64,000 bases of DNA from Myxococcota bacterium (GCA_036336835.1 JAYZFK010000062.1:32001-96000); one strand, 5' to 3'. Shown: positions 40,497-49,768, numbered from the stretch's first letter. The notes: generated from the sequence alone by a model not told the origin. Program-made: numbers and translations.

Positions 40497-41186
40497 TCAG
40501 CTGTTGACGAACGCGCCGATCGCCCAGAGCAGCACCGTCAGGCCGAGGCCCATGTGGATCGTGCCCGAAACCGTCGTAAGGGGCTTCTGGCTCGCTGCGC
40601 CGGGGCCGATCAGCGCGTTGATCTCGACCAGCACGATCAAGCCACCGGCCAGCAGCCAGTACAGCCCGTCACTCGTGCCATTGGCCAACGACTGCAAGTG
40701 GCTGGCCGACGCCATGAAGAACAGCATCGGAATCGAGAACAGGGTATTGGTCCGCGAGGCCATGCCGGCCCTGCCGCCGCGCGCGGCTGCCTCGGGGATC
40801 GGCTCCCCGCCGCCGGCCACCTGCTCGGCCGAACGGATCACGACCTGCTGTGCGGGCCAGATCACGAACCAGACGTTGGCCCACATGAAGGTGCCCATCA
40901 GACCCCCGGTCAGGATCCTAGTCATGTAGCCGTCGCCCAGCCCGAAGCCGGTGCCAAGCTTCATCAGCACGATGAGCCAGCCCGACAGGAAGGTGAACAT
41001 CGCGCCCCACCGGAACCACCAGAGCGCATTCGGCACCAGCCCGCGGGTCATCGCACCTTTGGCCTGGCCACCCAGCTCGCTCCCGAAGAAGGGGGTCTGG
41101 ATGAAGTTGAAGTAGTAGAGGACGCCGATCCATGTCACGCCGCTCAGAAAGTGGATCCAGCGAATCAGGAACTCGCCATATTCCAT
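40497..41186 (-). CDS. PuuD-type (urate oxidase N-terminal) membrane protein lacking the fused cytochrome c
   Basis: RWIHFLSGVTWIG.LYYFN, LWWFRWGA, M.ANVWFVIWPAQ, SRTNT.FSIPMLFFM..SH. Confidence 0.75.
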   Translation of the reverse strand: MEYGEFLIRWIHFLSGVTWIGVLYYFNFIQTPFFGSELGGQAKGAMTRGLVPNALWWFRWGAMFTFLSGWLIVLMKLGTGFGLGDGYMTRILTGGLMGTFMWANVWFVIWPAQQVVIRSAEQVAGGGEPIPEAAARGGRAGMASRTNTLFSIPMLFFMASASHLQSLANGTSDGLYWLLAGGLIVLVEINALIGPGAASQKPLTTVSGTIHMGLGLTVLLWAIGAFVNS

Positions 41187-41278
41187 CTGTAGCTCTCCTC
41201 TGAGGGTTGGAAAACGCGCGGATTGTATCCGCGATTCCGCCGAATCGGCGGAAGTTTTCGGACCCAATTACACGCGCA

Positions 41279-42172
41279 TCATTGGCCGAGCTGGCTCAGG
41301 CGGTCGAGGATTCGGTTCCAGCCAAGGCGGTTGAACAACGGCTCGGCCTGGGTGGGGTGGGGGCGCTTCAGGGCAAGATCCCTCAGGTTGGCCCGGATTC
41401 CCGGAACGTCGTAGCGGACAGTGGCCAGCTGCCTGGTCCGAAGCGCGCGGTCGCGGTGTTCCGCGATTCGCCCGGCCGCTCGTTTGGCGCCTCGGATCGG
41501 GAGATCGGCCCAGCGCTCCGGATCGACCGGGATGTCCTCGATCCGGCCGAAAGCCTGCAGCACGGCGGCCGCGGTCTTGGCCCCCACGCCGGGCACGCCG
41601 GGCAGGTTGTCCACCGCGTCACCGACCAGCCCCAGGTAGTCGGGGATCTGAGCCGGATCGACGCCGAACTTTTCCCGCACCGCGTCGGCATCGGTCACAC
41701 CGGGCTTGCCGATGTCGGCCAGCACCAGCCGTCCGTCCTCGCGCACCAGCTGAGCGAGATCCTTGTCGGTCGTGTGTACGACCACTCGGGTATCCCGCTT
41801 CGCCAGCAGCTGCTTCGCGAGGGTCGCGATCACGTCGTCGGCCTCGAAGTCCTTCGCCTCGAACACCGACAGCCCGATTGCCGCAGCCGACTCCTTGCAC
41901 AGACCAAACTGGGCTTCGAGCTCCTCGTCGGGCTCGCCGCGCTGCGCCTTGTACTCGGGCTCGAGGTCGTTGCGGAAGCTCGTCATCGCATGGTCGAAGC
42001 ACACGGCCAGGTGCGTCGGCCGCTGTTCGCGCCAGTGGCGGATCAGCATATTCGTGAAGCCGTACGCAGCCGATGTCGGCGTGCCGTCGGGCGCCCGCAT
42101 CTCGGGCATCGCGAAGTGAGCGCGAAAGATGTACACGTGGCCGTCGACGAGGTGGACTGTGCGCCCCGACAC
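41279..42172 (-). CDS. Stand-alone 5'-3' exonuclease / flap endonuclease (PolI N-terminal/Xni-like)
   Basis: LVDG..IFRA, YKAQR, EADDVIAT, DKDLAQL, GDAVDNLPGVPGVGAKTA. Confidence 0.9.
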   Translation of the reverse strand: MSGRTVHLVDGHVYIFRAHFAMPEMRAPDGTPTSAAYGFTNMLIRHWREQRPTHLAVCFDHAMTSFRNDLEPEYKAQRGEPDEELEAQFGLCKESAAAIGLSVFEAKDFEADDVIATLAKQLLAKRDTRVVVHTTDKDLAQLVREDGRLVLADIGKPGVTDADAVREKFGVDPAQIPDYLGLVGDAVDNLPGVPGVGAKTAAAVLQAFGRIEDIPVDPERWADLPIRGAKRAAGRIAEHRDRALRTRQLATVRYDVPGIRANLRDLALKRPHPTQAEPLFNRLGWNRILDRLSQLGQ

Positions 42173-42176
42173 GCGA

Positions 42177-43886
42177 CTAACTACGTTCTTCTAGCACGAG
42201 CTCGGCCACCGTCTCAGCCGCCTTCTCCACGGGGATGTCCTGACTCGATCCGTCGCGCCGGCGCTTGTACTCGAGCGTTGCAACGGCGAGCCCCCTCCGG
42301 CCGACCGTGATCCGATGCGGAATGCCGACCAGCTCGGCGTCCTTGAACTTGACGCCTGGGCGCTCGTCGCGGTCGTCGAGGAGCACTTCGATGCCACGCT
42401 CCTGGAGCGCCTCGTAGACCCGTTCGCCCACCTCGAGTGTCTCGACGCTCCTGGGATCGAGCACGGTAACCACGACCTCGAAGGGCGCCACGTTCACTGG
42501 CCAGCAGATTCCACTTTCGTCGTGGTTGGCCTCGACAACCGCCGCCACCGCACGCCCGATCCCGATGCCATACGAGCCCATGACCAGCCGTCGCTGCGAG
42601 CCGTCCTCGCCCAGCACACTGACGTCGAGTGCGTCGGTATAGCGGGTGCCGAGCTTGAAGATGTGACCGACCTCGATCGTCTTCGCTACGTCGAGCGGTT
42701 TTTCACACATCGGACACGCCTCGCCGGCGTTTACCTCGCGCAGATCGAGCCAACCCTTCACGTCGACGTCACGCTCGACATCGACGCCGCGCAGATGATG
42801 ATCGTCCTCGTTCGCACCGGTCACCATGTTGCTGCGGCCGCGCAGCGCCTCGTCGGCGATCACGAAGTGATCGACACCGACCGCACCCAACGAGCCCGCC
42901 GACGCACCCATGGCGGCGCGGATCTCGGCATCGCTGGCAGGACGGATCTCCTGCGCCTCGATCTGGTCGAGCAGCTTCTGCTCGACGAGTTGGTGATCGC
43001 CGCGCAACAGCAGGAGCACGGTCTTCCCATCGACGTGGTAGACGAGCGTCTTGATCTGCCGGCTGCTGGGCGCGCCTCCCTCGAAGCGCTCCAGATCCGC
43101 GATGGTGCGTACGCCGGGCGTCGGGAACTTCTCGGTCGCCGCCTGCGGCGCGCCGTCGTCGATGGGAGGCAGGACCGACGTCGCCTTCTCGAAGTTCGCG
43201 GCATAACCGCACGCCCCGCAGGAAGCGATCCAGTCCTCGCCGGCGTCGCTTCGCACCATGAACTCGATCGAACCGCTGCCGCCCATCATGCCGGACGATG
43301 CCTCGACGGCGACCGCATCGAGCCCGATGCGAGCGAAGATCTTCCGGTAGGCCTCGAGATGCCGGTCGAAGGCGAAATCGAGTCCGGCCTGGTCGAGGTC
43401 GAACGAGTACGAATCCTTCATGGTGAACTCGCGCACGCGCAGCAATCCACTCTTGGGTCGCGGTTCGTCGCGGAATTTCGTCTGGAACTGGAACCAGATC
43501 TGGGGCAGCTGGCGGTAGGAGCGCAGCTCTCCCGCGACGAGGGTGAAGATCTCCTCGTGCGTCATCCCGAGCGCGAGGTCCGCATCCTTTCGGTCGCACA
43601 GCCGAAACATCTCCGCACCCACGGACTCCCAGCGACCGGTCCGATCCCAGACGTCGCGCGGGTGCATGCAGGGCAGCTCGAACTCCTGCGCGCCGATCGC
43701 CTCCATCTCCTGGCGCAGAATCGCCTCGACCTTGCGGGCGACTCGCCGTCCAAGCGGAAGCAACGAGTACGAGCCGGCCATCAGCTGGCGAACGAGGCCA
43801 CCTCGCACCAGCAGCTTGTGACTCGCCGCCTCTGCATCGGCGGGATCGTCGCGAAGCGTCGGAATGAAAGCCTTCGACCAGCGCAC
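42177..43886 (-). CDS. proS: Proline--tRNA ligase (bacterial type with editing domain)
   Basis: SHKLL, THEE, KFRDEPRP..GLLRVREFTMKD, EVGHIFKLG, MGSYGIG, DDRDERPGVKF. Confidence 0.97.
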   Translation of the reverse strand: MRWSKAFIPTLRDDPADAEAASHKLLVRGGLVRQLMAGSYSLLPLGRRVARKVEAILRQEMEAIGAQEFELPCMHPRDVWDRTGRWESVGAEMFRLCDRKDADLALGMTHEEIFTLVAGELRSYRQLPQIWFQFQTKFRDEPRPKSGLLRVREFTMKDSYSFDLDQAGLDFAFDRHLEAYRKIFARIGLDAVAVEASSGMMGGSGSIEFMVRSDAGEDWIASCGACGYAANFEKATSVLPPIDDGAPQAATEKFPTPGVRTIADLERFEGGAPSSRQIKTLVYHVDGKTVLLLLRGDHQLVEQKLLDQIEAQEIRPASDAEIRAAMGASAGSLGAVGVDHFVIADEALRGRSNMVTGANEDDHHLRGVDVERDVDVKGWLDLREVNAGEACPMCEKPLDVAKTIEVGHIFKLGTRYTDALDVSVLGEDGSQRRLVMGSYGIGIGRAVAAVVEANHDESGICWPVNVAPFEVVVTVLDPRSVETLEVGERVYEALQERGIEVLLDDRDERPGVKFKDAELVGIPHRITVGRRGLAVATLEYKRRRDGSSQDIPVEKAAETVAELVLEERS

Positions 43887-43943
43887 GGCGTCCTCCAGCG
43901 CGCGAGCGTAGCCCTTCGCACGCGAGAACCCTCAGCGGCTCCC

Positions 43944-44810
43944 CTAGAAGGCGGTTCCGTGCTGCGCCGTGTACGGAACGAAGGCGGCCATCAGCTGAGC
44001 CGTCAGGGGGCCGACTCCACCGGCGCCGATCCGCTCTCCGTCGAGAGTCGCCACCGGGACGATACTTGCCCCGGTGCCGGTGAGGAAGCACTCGTCGGCG
44101 GCGAACAAGTCAAAGCGGCCGAGCGTCCGCTCGCGCGTTTCGACGCCGAGGCTAGACGCAATCTCGAGCACGCTCGCAGCGGTGATCCCCTCGAGCGCTC
44201 CGTCGGTCGCCGGGGGCGTGGAGAGCACGCGGTCGCGGACCGCGAACACGTTGGCGACCGCAGCCTCTGCAACGTGACCGCTCGCATTGAGGATCAGCCC
44301 CTCGTCGGCGCCACGAAGGACGGCCTCGCGTTTGGCCAGCACGCTGTTCAGATAGTTGAGGCTCTTGACGCGCGGGTCGAGCGCATCGGCCGCGGGGCGC
44401 CGGACGCTGACCGTCACGAGGGCAATCCCGTCCGCCAGCTTCTGTGGGTCGAACAGGCGAATTGCGTCGGCGATGCAGAACAGCGCCGGATCCTTGCACT
44501 GGGTCGGATCGACGCCGAGTTCGCCCGATCCACGCGTCGCGACCAGCCGCAGGTAGGCTTCGTCGCGGTCGTAGGCCCGCGCGGTCTCGAGCACCACGCG
44601 CCGGATCGCCTCGAGACCCCCCGGCAGATCGAGCCCAATCGCCCTGGCAGCGGCTCCGAAGCGGCGCAGATGATCGCCCAGCCGGAATACGCGCCGCCCG
44701 TACACGCGAATGCCCTCGAAGATGCCGTCGCCGTAGAGCAGCCCGTGGTCCGTCACCGGAATCCTCGCCTCCGCGCCGTCGACGACGCGCCCGTCGATCC
44801 AGACCTTCAC
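43944..44810 (-). CDS. ilvE: Branched-chain amino acid aminotransferase (class IV)
   Basis: DHGLLYGDGIFEGIR, KSLNYLN, LEGIT, FLTGTG; GTG start overlaps the IclR stop. Confidence 0.88.
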   Translation of the reverse strand: MKVWIDGRVVDGAEARIPVTDHGLLYGDGIFEGIRVYGRRVFRLGDHLRRFGAAARAIGLDLPGGLEAIRRVVLETARAYDRDEAYLRLVATRGSGELGVDPTQCKDPALFCIADAIRLFDPQKLADGIALVTVSVRRPAADALDPRVKSLNYLNSVLAKREAVLRGADEGLILNASGHVAEAAVANVFAVRDRVLSTPPATDGALEGITAASVLEIASSLGVETRERTLGRFDLFAADECFLTGTGASIVPVATLDGERIGAGGVGPLTAQLMAAFVPYTAQHGTAF

Positions 44811-45565
44811 GGCATGTCTCCTGCCAGGCGCTGGACGATGCGCTCGGCGGTCTTGCACACACGCTCGGCCAGGGCGCCCAGACCCAGCTCGCTCGCACGC
44901 GCGCTCGGCACCGCGAGCGCGACGTGTGCGAGCAGACGACCCCGGTGCACGACCGGGGCGGCTAGCACCGACAGGCCCGCAATCCACTCGTCGACGTTCG
45001 CCGCCCAGCCGCGCTCGCGCGCCAGCTCGACCTCGCGGCGAATCGCCGTCTCCGACGTGTGGGTTGCGCCGGTGAACGCCTCCGACGGGGCGATCGCGAA
45101 CTCGAGCTCGGAGGGAGCCAGCGCGAGCTGGAGCTTGCCGACGGCGGTCGCGTGAACCGGCACGACTGCACCGACCCGGGGCGCGGCGCGCAGGAAGCCC
45201 GTGCCCTCCGCCTTGTCCAGGACGACCAGCTGACCGCCCCGGGCCGCGACCAGAAAGAACGTCTCGCCGAGCGATTCGGCCTCCTGCTCGATGATCGGCC
45301 GGGCGGCAGCCACGGCGGGCTCGCGTTCGAGCACGCCGAGCCCGAGCGCGATCAGCCCGATCCCGAGCCGGTAGCGACCCCGCTCGTCCTGCTCGACGAG
45401 GCCTCGCCTCCGCAGCGCAGCGAGCAGCCGATGGGCGCTCGACTTGGGCAGGCAGAGCGCGCGGCTGAGCGCGGTCACGCCGAGCGAAACCTCTGCCGCA
45501 TGCAACGCGAAGAGTACGTCGATCGCTTTGTCTACCGTGGCGAGGGGCGGTTCCACGTCGCCCAT
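44807..45565 (-). CDS. IclR-family transcriptional regulator
   Basis: N-terminal HTH (LPKSSAHRLL), HATAVGK, RERGWA..E..G. Confidence 0.92.
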   Translation of the reverse strand: MGDVEPPLATVDKAIDVLFALHAAEVSLGVTALSRALCLPKSSAHRLLAALRRRGLVEQDERGRYRLGIGLIALGLGVLEREPAVAAARPIIEQEAESLGETFFLVAARGGQLVVLDKAEGTGFLRAAPRVGAVVPVHATAVGKLQLALAPSELEFAIAPSEAFTGATHTSETAIRREVELARERGWAANVDEWIAGLSVLAAPVVHRGRLLAHVALAVPSARASELGLGALAERVCKTAERIVQRLAGDMP

Positions 45566-45590
45566 GGCCTCCCCTTCGGACTGATCTATT

Positions 45591-45629
45591 TGTTCCAGAT
45601 ATCAGATCAGAGTATCGGATAATGGAACA
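45591..45629. promoter_or_regulatory. Putative IclR operator
   Basis: AT-rich inverted repeat TGTTCCA...TGGAACA built from two imperfect palindromes just upstream of the IclR start. Confidence 0.6.
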
Positions 45630-45705
45630 TATATTCTTAACGACGAATCTGGAGCCGCGCAAGGCCCGCCCGGAAGCTCTCGGACAAGGCAACGGGGGAG
45701 GGCGC

Positions 45706-46848
45706 TCAGACCAGCCGGACGAGCGCCGCCGTGTGCGTCAGCAGGCTCGAGGTCGCCCTGCGAGTGCCCGCGATCTGGTACGAGCCGATCAGGCCGAGCC
45801 AGGGGGCGGGGCGAAAGGCGCGGGCCAGGTAGCCGGATTCGATGCCCGCGTGTCCGAACAGCGCCTCGCCACGAGCCCGACAGCTCGACGCCAGGCCGAT
45901 TCCTCCGCCTTCGGAGAGGGGTGCGAGACTCTCTCCGGCAGCCGCCAGCGCCTCGCGTGCCGCCAGGGCGTCTCGACGGGCGAAGGCGAGCCTCTGTCCG
46001 ACCTCGACAGGCTCGGCCAGGGCGATCGCCCCCTGCTCCGGGTCGATCCCGACCACACCGCGAACGAGCGCCGGCTCGGGCTCCGCACCCGGAAGCTCGG
46101 GCAGCGCAACCAGCACGCTGCGCATCGCTCGACGCTCGTCGTCCCACAACGCACCCGCCGCATCGCGAAACTCCTCGAGAGCCGAAGCCCCGTCGAGCTC
46201 GACGATCCAGTTGCCCCGTGTGCTGGTCACGGTACGTGTCCCACAGAGCGAGGTCGCCGGTGCGAGCGCGCAGCGCAGCGCAGAAGGCGCCCGCAGCCGG
46301 ATCGCGAGCGCCCCGCCCTCGGACACCTCGCCGTCGATCGCGTGTGCCGCCGGGCCCCCTGCGGGCCCTTCGACGCCAACACCGAGCACACAGGCTGGCG
46401 CACAGCGCGAGAGTCCCGCAGCCAGCGAACGCGGATCGAGTTCGTGCGCGTCGGCGACGACGAGCACCAGGTCGTCGCAGCCGAGATCGGCGAAGGTTGC
46501 CACCAGCTCGTCGCCGAGCTCGTCCTCGCGGCCCCTGGCGTGATCGAACGAATGGAGATCGAAGCGCACGCCGGCGCCACCGAGCGCGAGCACCGCCACG
46601 GCCGGCATCGCCGCGCGCTCGCCTGCGTCCGATATCACGCCCTCGACGTGAACCGCCACACAGACTCCCGCCCCGGCAAGCCCTGGGACGCTCGCCTGCC
46701 GCAGTGCCGCACTGCACCCATGGGCTGTGCTCACGAAGGCAATGGCGAGCGCCGCCGGGCCGCCGAGGTTCGCCAGCGCCGCGTCGCCTGCCTGCTCCAT
46801 CGCCCGACCTGGGTCGAGGCCCTCGTCGACTGCCACAGCGGCCCGCAT
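45706..46848 (-). CDS. FIST-domain protein
   Basis: VTSTRGNWIVELDG..A, LVRGVVGID, GQRLAF..RD, SCRARG..LF, HTA. Confidence 0.8.
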   Translation of the reverse strand: MRAAVAVDEGLDPGRAMEQAGDAALANLGGPAALAIAFVSTAHGCSAALRQASVPGLAGAGVCVAVHVEGVISDAGERAAMPAVAVLALGGAGVRFDLHSFDHARGREDELGDELVATFADLGCDDLVLVVADAHELDPRSLAAGLSRCAPACVLGVGVEGPAGGPAAHAIDGEVSEGGALAIRLRAPSALRCALAPATSLCGTRTVTSTRGNWIVELDGASALEEFRDAAGALWDDERRAMRSVLVALPELPGAEPEPALVRGVVGIDPEQGAIALAEPVEVGQRLAFARRDALAAREALAAAGESLAPLSEGGGIGLASSCRARGEALFGHAGIESGYLARAFRPAPWLGLIGSYQIAGTRRATSSLLTHTAALVRLV

Positions 46849-47010
46849 CGCAGCCGAGTATACGAATCGCCCCGCGGGAGGCAGCGGGGTGCCGTTTCGG
46901 CTGTCCTGGCTCTCGGCTAGCATCGCGCAGTCGGCGTGCCGCCCTCCTCGGCGTCGGTTTTGCTCGCTCCCCTGTTGCAACTGAGGCCCGTGGGCCAATT
47001 CGAGGGCGTG

Positions 47011-48180
47011 GTGGCAGACTTCGAGATCATCGAGCGGGAGAGCGAACTCGAAGCGCTCGCTGCCGACCTCCTGAAAGAGAAGGTCGTCGCCGTCGATACC
47101 GAGGCCGACAGCTTCTACCACTACTTCGACAAGACCTGCCTGATCCAGATCGCCACGCGCAAACGCATCTATCTCGTCGACCCTCTCGCGATGGACGGCG
47201 CTGAGAAGCTGGCGCCGCTGGGTCCACTGTTCGCCTCGCCCGACGTCTGCGTCCTGTTCCACGCCGCGGAGTACGACATCTTCGTCCTCAAGCGCGACTA
47301 CGGCTTCGAGTTCGCAAACCTGTTCGACACGATGGTCAGCGCGCAGCTGCTCGGATACCGGGCCGTCGGGCTCGCCGCACTGATCGAGCACCACTTCGGC
47401 TTGAAGCTGCCGAAGGACGAACAGCGATCCGACTGGTCACGCCGACCACTGACCGCCAAGCAACTCGACTACGCCGCGTCCGATGTGAAGTTCTTGATCC
47501 GGTTGTCGGAGAAGCTCGGGCGGGAGCTGCGCAAGGCGAAGCGACTCGAGTGGGCAGAGGCTGAGTTCGAGTCGCTGACACAGCGCAGGTGGCCGGAGAG
47601 AAGCTTCGACGAGCTCGGCTATCTGCGCATCAAGGGCGCGCGCAAGCTCGAGTCGAAGTCGCTGTCGATCCTGCGCGAGCTCCACATCCTGAGGGACCGA
47701 CGCGCCCGCGAGATCGATCGCCCGCCCTTCAAGGTGCTGGGCAATCGCACGTTGATCCAGATCGCCCAGGACAAGCCGCGCAGCCTGGCCGCGCTCGGCG
47801 AGATCAAGGGCGTCACGGAGTTGATTCTTCGCCGCATGGGCAGCGAACTGATGTCAGCAGTGCGCGACGGGCGCAAGCAGGAGCACGGCCCGATCCCCAA
47901 GCTCGCGAGCAACGGCCGACGCCGGATGGACCGCCGCAGCGAGAAGCGTCTCGAAGTGCTGAAGAAGTGGCGACAGCGTCGTGCGGCCGAGCTCGAGCTC
48001 GATCCCGGTGTGCTTTGCCCGAATGCGTCACTGGAAGCGATCGCCTCAAAGCCCCCGATAGCGGCCAGCGATCTCGAGGGACGCAAGCAGCTCAAGGGCT
48101 GGTTCGCCCGGGCATTCGGGGAAGAGATCGCGGAGCTGCTGGCCGACGACGACGATCGATCCGGCAAGGACACTCGCTAG
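47011..48180 (+). CDS. rnd: Ribonuclease D (DEDDy exonuclease + two HRDC domains)
   Basis: AVDTEAD, CLIQI, FHAAEYD, LFDT, SDWSRRPL..QLDYAASD, DRPPFKV. Confidence 0.92.
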   Translation: MADFEIIERESELEALAADLLKEKVVAVDTEADSFYHYFDKTCLIQIATRKRIYLVDPLAMDGAEKLAPLGPLFASPDVCVLFHAAEYDIFVLKRDYGFEFANLFDTMVSAQLLGYRAVGLAALIEHHFGLKLPKDEQRSDWSRRPLTAKQLDYAASDVKFLIRLSEKLGRELRKAKRLEWAEAEFESLTQRRWPERSFDELGYLRIKGARKLESKSLSILRELHILRDRRAREIDRPPFKVLGNRTLIQIAQDKPRSLAALGEIKGVTELILRRMGSELMSAVRDGRKQEHGPIPKLASNGRRRMDRRSEKRLEVLKKWRQRRAAELELDPGVLCPNASLEAIASKPPIAASDLEGRKQLKGWFARAFGEEIAELLADDDDRSGKDTR

Positions 48181-48221
48181 CTGCGGCGAGCCATGGAGCG
48201 GCGCGGATCGGGCGGGAACCC

Positions 48222-48263
48222 AGAAAACGTCGACCCCCCGGCTGACCTTCAGCTGGGGGGTCG
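48222..48263. terminator. Intrinsic terminator, possibly bidirectional (sRNA / rnd)
   Basis: CGACCCCCC.GCTGA-3 nt-TCAGC.GGGGGGTCG; TTTT follows on the minus strand. Confidence 0.7.
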
Positions 48264-48411
48264 TGATCTGACTCGGGTGCAACGAAGTTGGGAAGGCGGG
48301 GTGCCGTTCTGGGGGAAAGCGCCTCAGTCTCTTGCCTCGTTGCAGGAGTTGAGCGAGCCGGGGAACGCGCCCGTTAAATCCCCGGCCCACTCAGATCAGA
48401 TCTCCTGTTGT
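48222..48411 (-). ncRNA. Candidate sigma54-dependent structured small RNA
   Basis: Bounded by a sigma54 promoter and a terminator; 7-bp closing stem plus 15-bp and 10-bp stems whose G-U pairs form only on the minus strand. Confidence 0.7.
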
Positions 48412-48421
48412 AGTTAGCTAG

Positions 48422-48476
48422 AGCACGCTGCGTGCCAACTCCGTCGACCTCGTGGGATGGATGCAAGTGGTTGATA
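48422..48476 (-). promoter_or_regulatory. Sigma54 -24/-12 promoter plus IHF site
   Basis: TTGGCACGCAGCGTGCT (GG-N10-GC) at 48438-48422; TATCAACCACTTG matches WATCAANNNNTTR at 48476-48464. Confidence 0.75.
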
Positions 48477-48559
48477 TTACTTGGCTCTACTCCATGAATG
48501 GTGTTTCCACCCCGCAATCTGATGTTGCATGCTGGCAGAGCGAAGCACCCCGATCCACC

Positions 48560-49744
48560 TTGGGGGCAGCCAGCCGAATCCAGCAATATCAACAGGTTGT
48601 CGCCGCCGCATCCAAGAGTTCCAGTGCATCTCAATGTTGCGGCTGGCTGCTCGGGCTGCTGACGGCCCTGGGCTGCTCGGGCAACCCCGCCGTGCAGATT
48701 CACGAATTCGGACAGCCGAGTTCGGCCGAACGCTACTGCGCGTGGTTCGGAGAGGCTCGGGACGGGGTGCTCTACTTCGGCCAGGCGCCCTTCTGGTCGG
48801 CTGCGCGCCAGGCCAATGCGCCAGAAGCCGATCTCGCCGCGCCCGGGCCACAGTGGATCGGACGCTTCGATCTTGCGGCTCGAGAGCCACAGCCGACACT
48901 CGACGTGTCGGCGAACGGGGCCCGATCCGGCGTCTGGGACGTGCTGCCCCACCCGAACGGACGTGTCTACTTCACGACCTTCTACGAGCCCGCCGGCTCG
49001 ATCGACCTCGCAACCGGCGACGTGGCCCGCTACCCCGATCTCGGGACCGGCTTGAACGAGCTGGCCTTCGGGCCCGAGGACGCGATCGTCGCCACACGCT
49101 ACGCAGGCCGGGGCGACGACCCGCGCGGGAGTGGCTCGCTGGTCCTCTTCTCGCCCGAGGGGCTGCTCCTGGCCGAGTACCCGCTCCGCGCGCCGATCGG
49201 CTACGCGCTGGCTCCCAAGACCGCGGCCTGGGACGAGGCCGGCAACCGCTATTGGCTGAGCACCGATCTCGTGCGTCGCGACCCCGACGCACCGCCGGCG
49301 CCCTCCGAGCATCCGGCGATCGTCCTCGACGCGGGCGGCTCCGAGATCGCCCGCATCGGCGGCGTCGAGCTCCACTTCGTCCGCTTTGGTCGCGACGGCC
49401 GGGGCGTCGCGGCCTACGTCGCCGAGGGCGAGCTGCGACTGGTCGAGCTGGGCCCGGGCGAACCGCGCCGGCAGCTCGCGCCCGGCAGCGGCGAGCTGCT
49501 CGATGCGAACTTCCCGGCGCTGCTCGACTTCGTGCAGGACATCTCGTTCGGCCCCGAGCGAGAAACCATCGTCACCCGCTGGAGCGGCCGCGTCCACGTG
49601 CTCGGCCTGGGAGGCGAGCGGCGCGATCTCCAGCTGCCGCGCGACGATCCTGCGGGCCTCTACTACAGCGCAGCGCTGTCGGCCGGTGAAATCTGCGCAA
49701 CCTACTGCGCCGACGTGGCTGTCGTGTGCGCTCGGCTGCCGTGA
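48560..49744 (+). CDS. Hypothetical lipoprotein, probable beta-propeller
   Basis: Lipobox-like TALGC; repeated blade-like motifs (DGVLYFG, HPNGRVYFT, LAFGPED, FSPEG, FGRDG); start uncertain. Confidence 0.6.
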   Translation: MGAASRIQQYQQVVAAASKSSSASQCCGWLLGLLTALGCSGNPAVQIHEFGQPSSAERYCAWFGEARDGVLYFGQAPFWSAARQANAPEADLAAPGPQWIGRFDLAAREPQPTLDVSANGARSGVWDVLPHPNGRVYFTTFYEPAGSIDLATGDVARYPDLGTGLNELAFGPEDAIVATRYAGRGDDPRGSGSLVLFSPEGLLLAEYPLRAPIGYALAPKTAAWDEAGNRYWLSTDLVRRDPDAPPAPSEHPAIVLDAGGSEIARIGGVELHFVRFGRDGRGVAAYVAEGELRLVELGPGEPRRQLAPGSGELLDANFPALLDFVQDISFGPERETIVTRWSGRVHVLGLGGERRDLQLPRDDPAGLYYSAALSAGEICATYCADVAVVCARLP

Positions 49745-49768
49745 CGGGGCTCGGGTAGACTCGCGGCC

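Noticed and set aside
42315..45155. 946-aa plus-strand ORF, and similar long ORFs such as 16940-18757, 51095-52837 and 61240-63258
   Set aside because: Antisense shadows of clear genes (proS/ilvE, kinase/cysH, acs, ClC), expected at high GC; no recognisable motifs
48046..48390. 114-aa minus-strand ORF with AGGAG upstream, inside the candidate sRNA
   Set aside because: Its start is buried in a 15-bp stem, it runs through the terminator into rnd antisense, and it has no protein-like features; a short translated product is not strictly excluded
48222..48411. Identification of the RNA as 6S RNA, tRNA, SRP RNA or a riboswitch
   Set aside because: The fold I can see is branched rather than a single rod with a central bubble; no cloverleaf or SRP loop; no downstream gene on the same strand for a riboswitch. 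An Rfam search is needed to be certain
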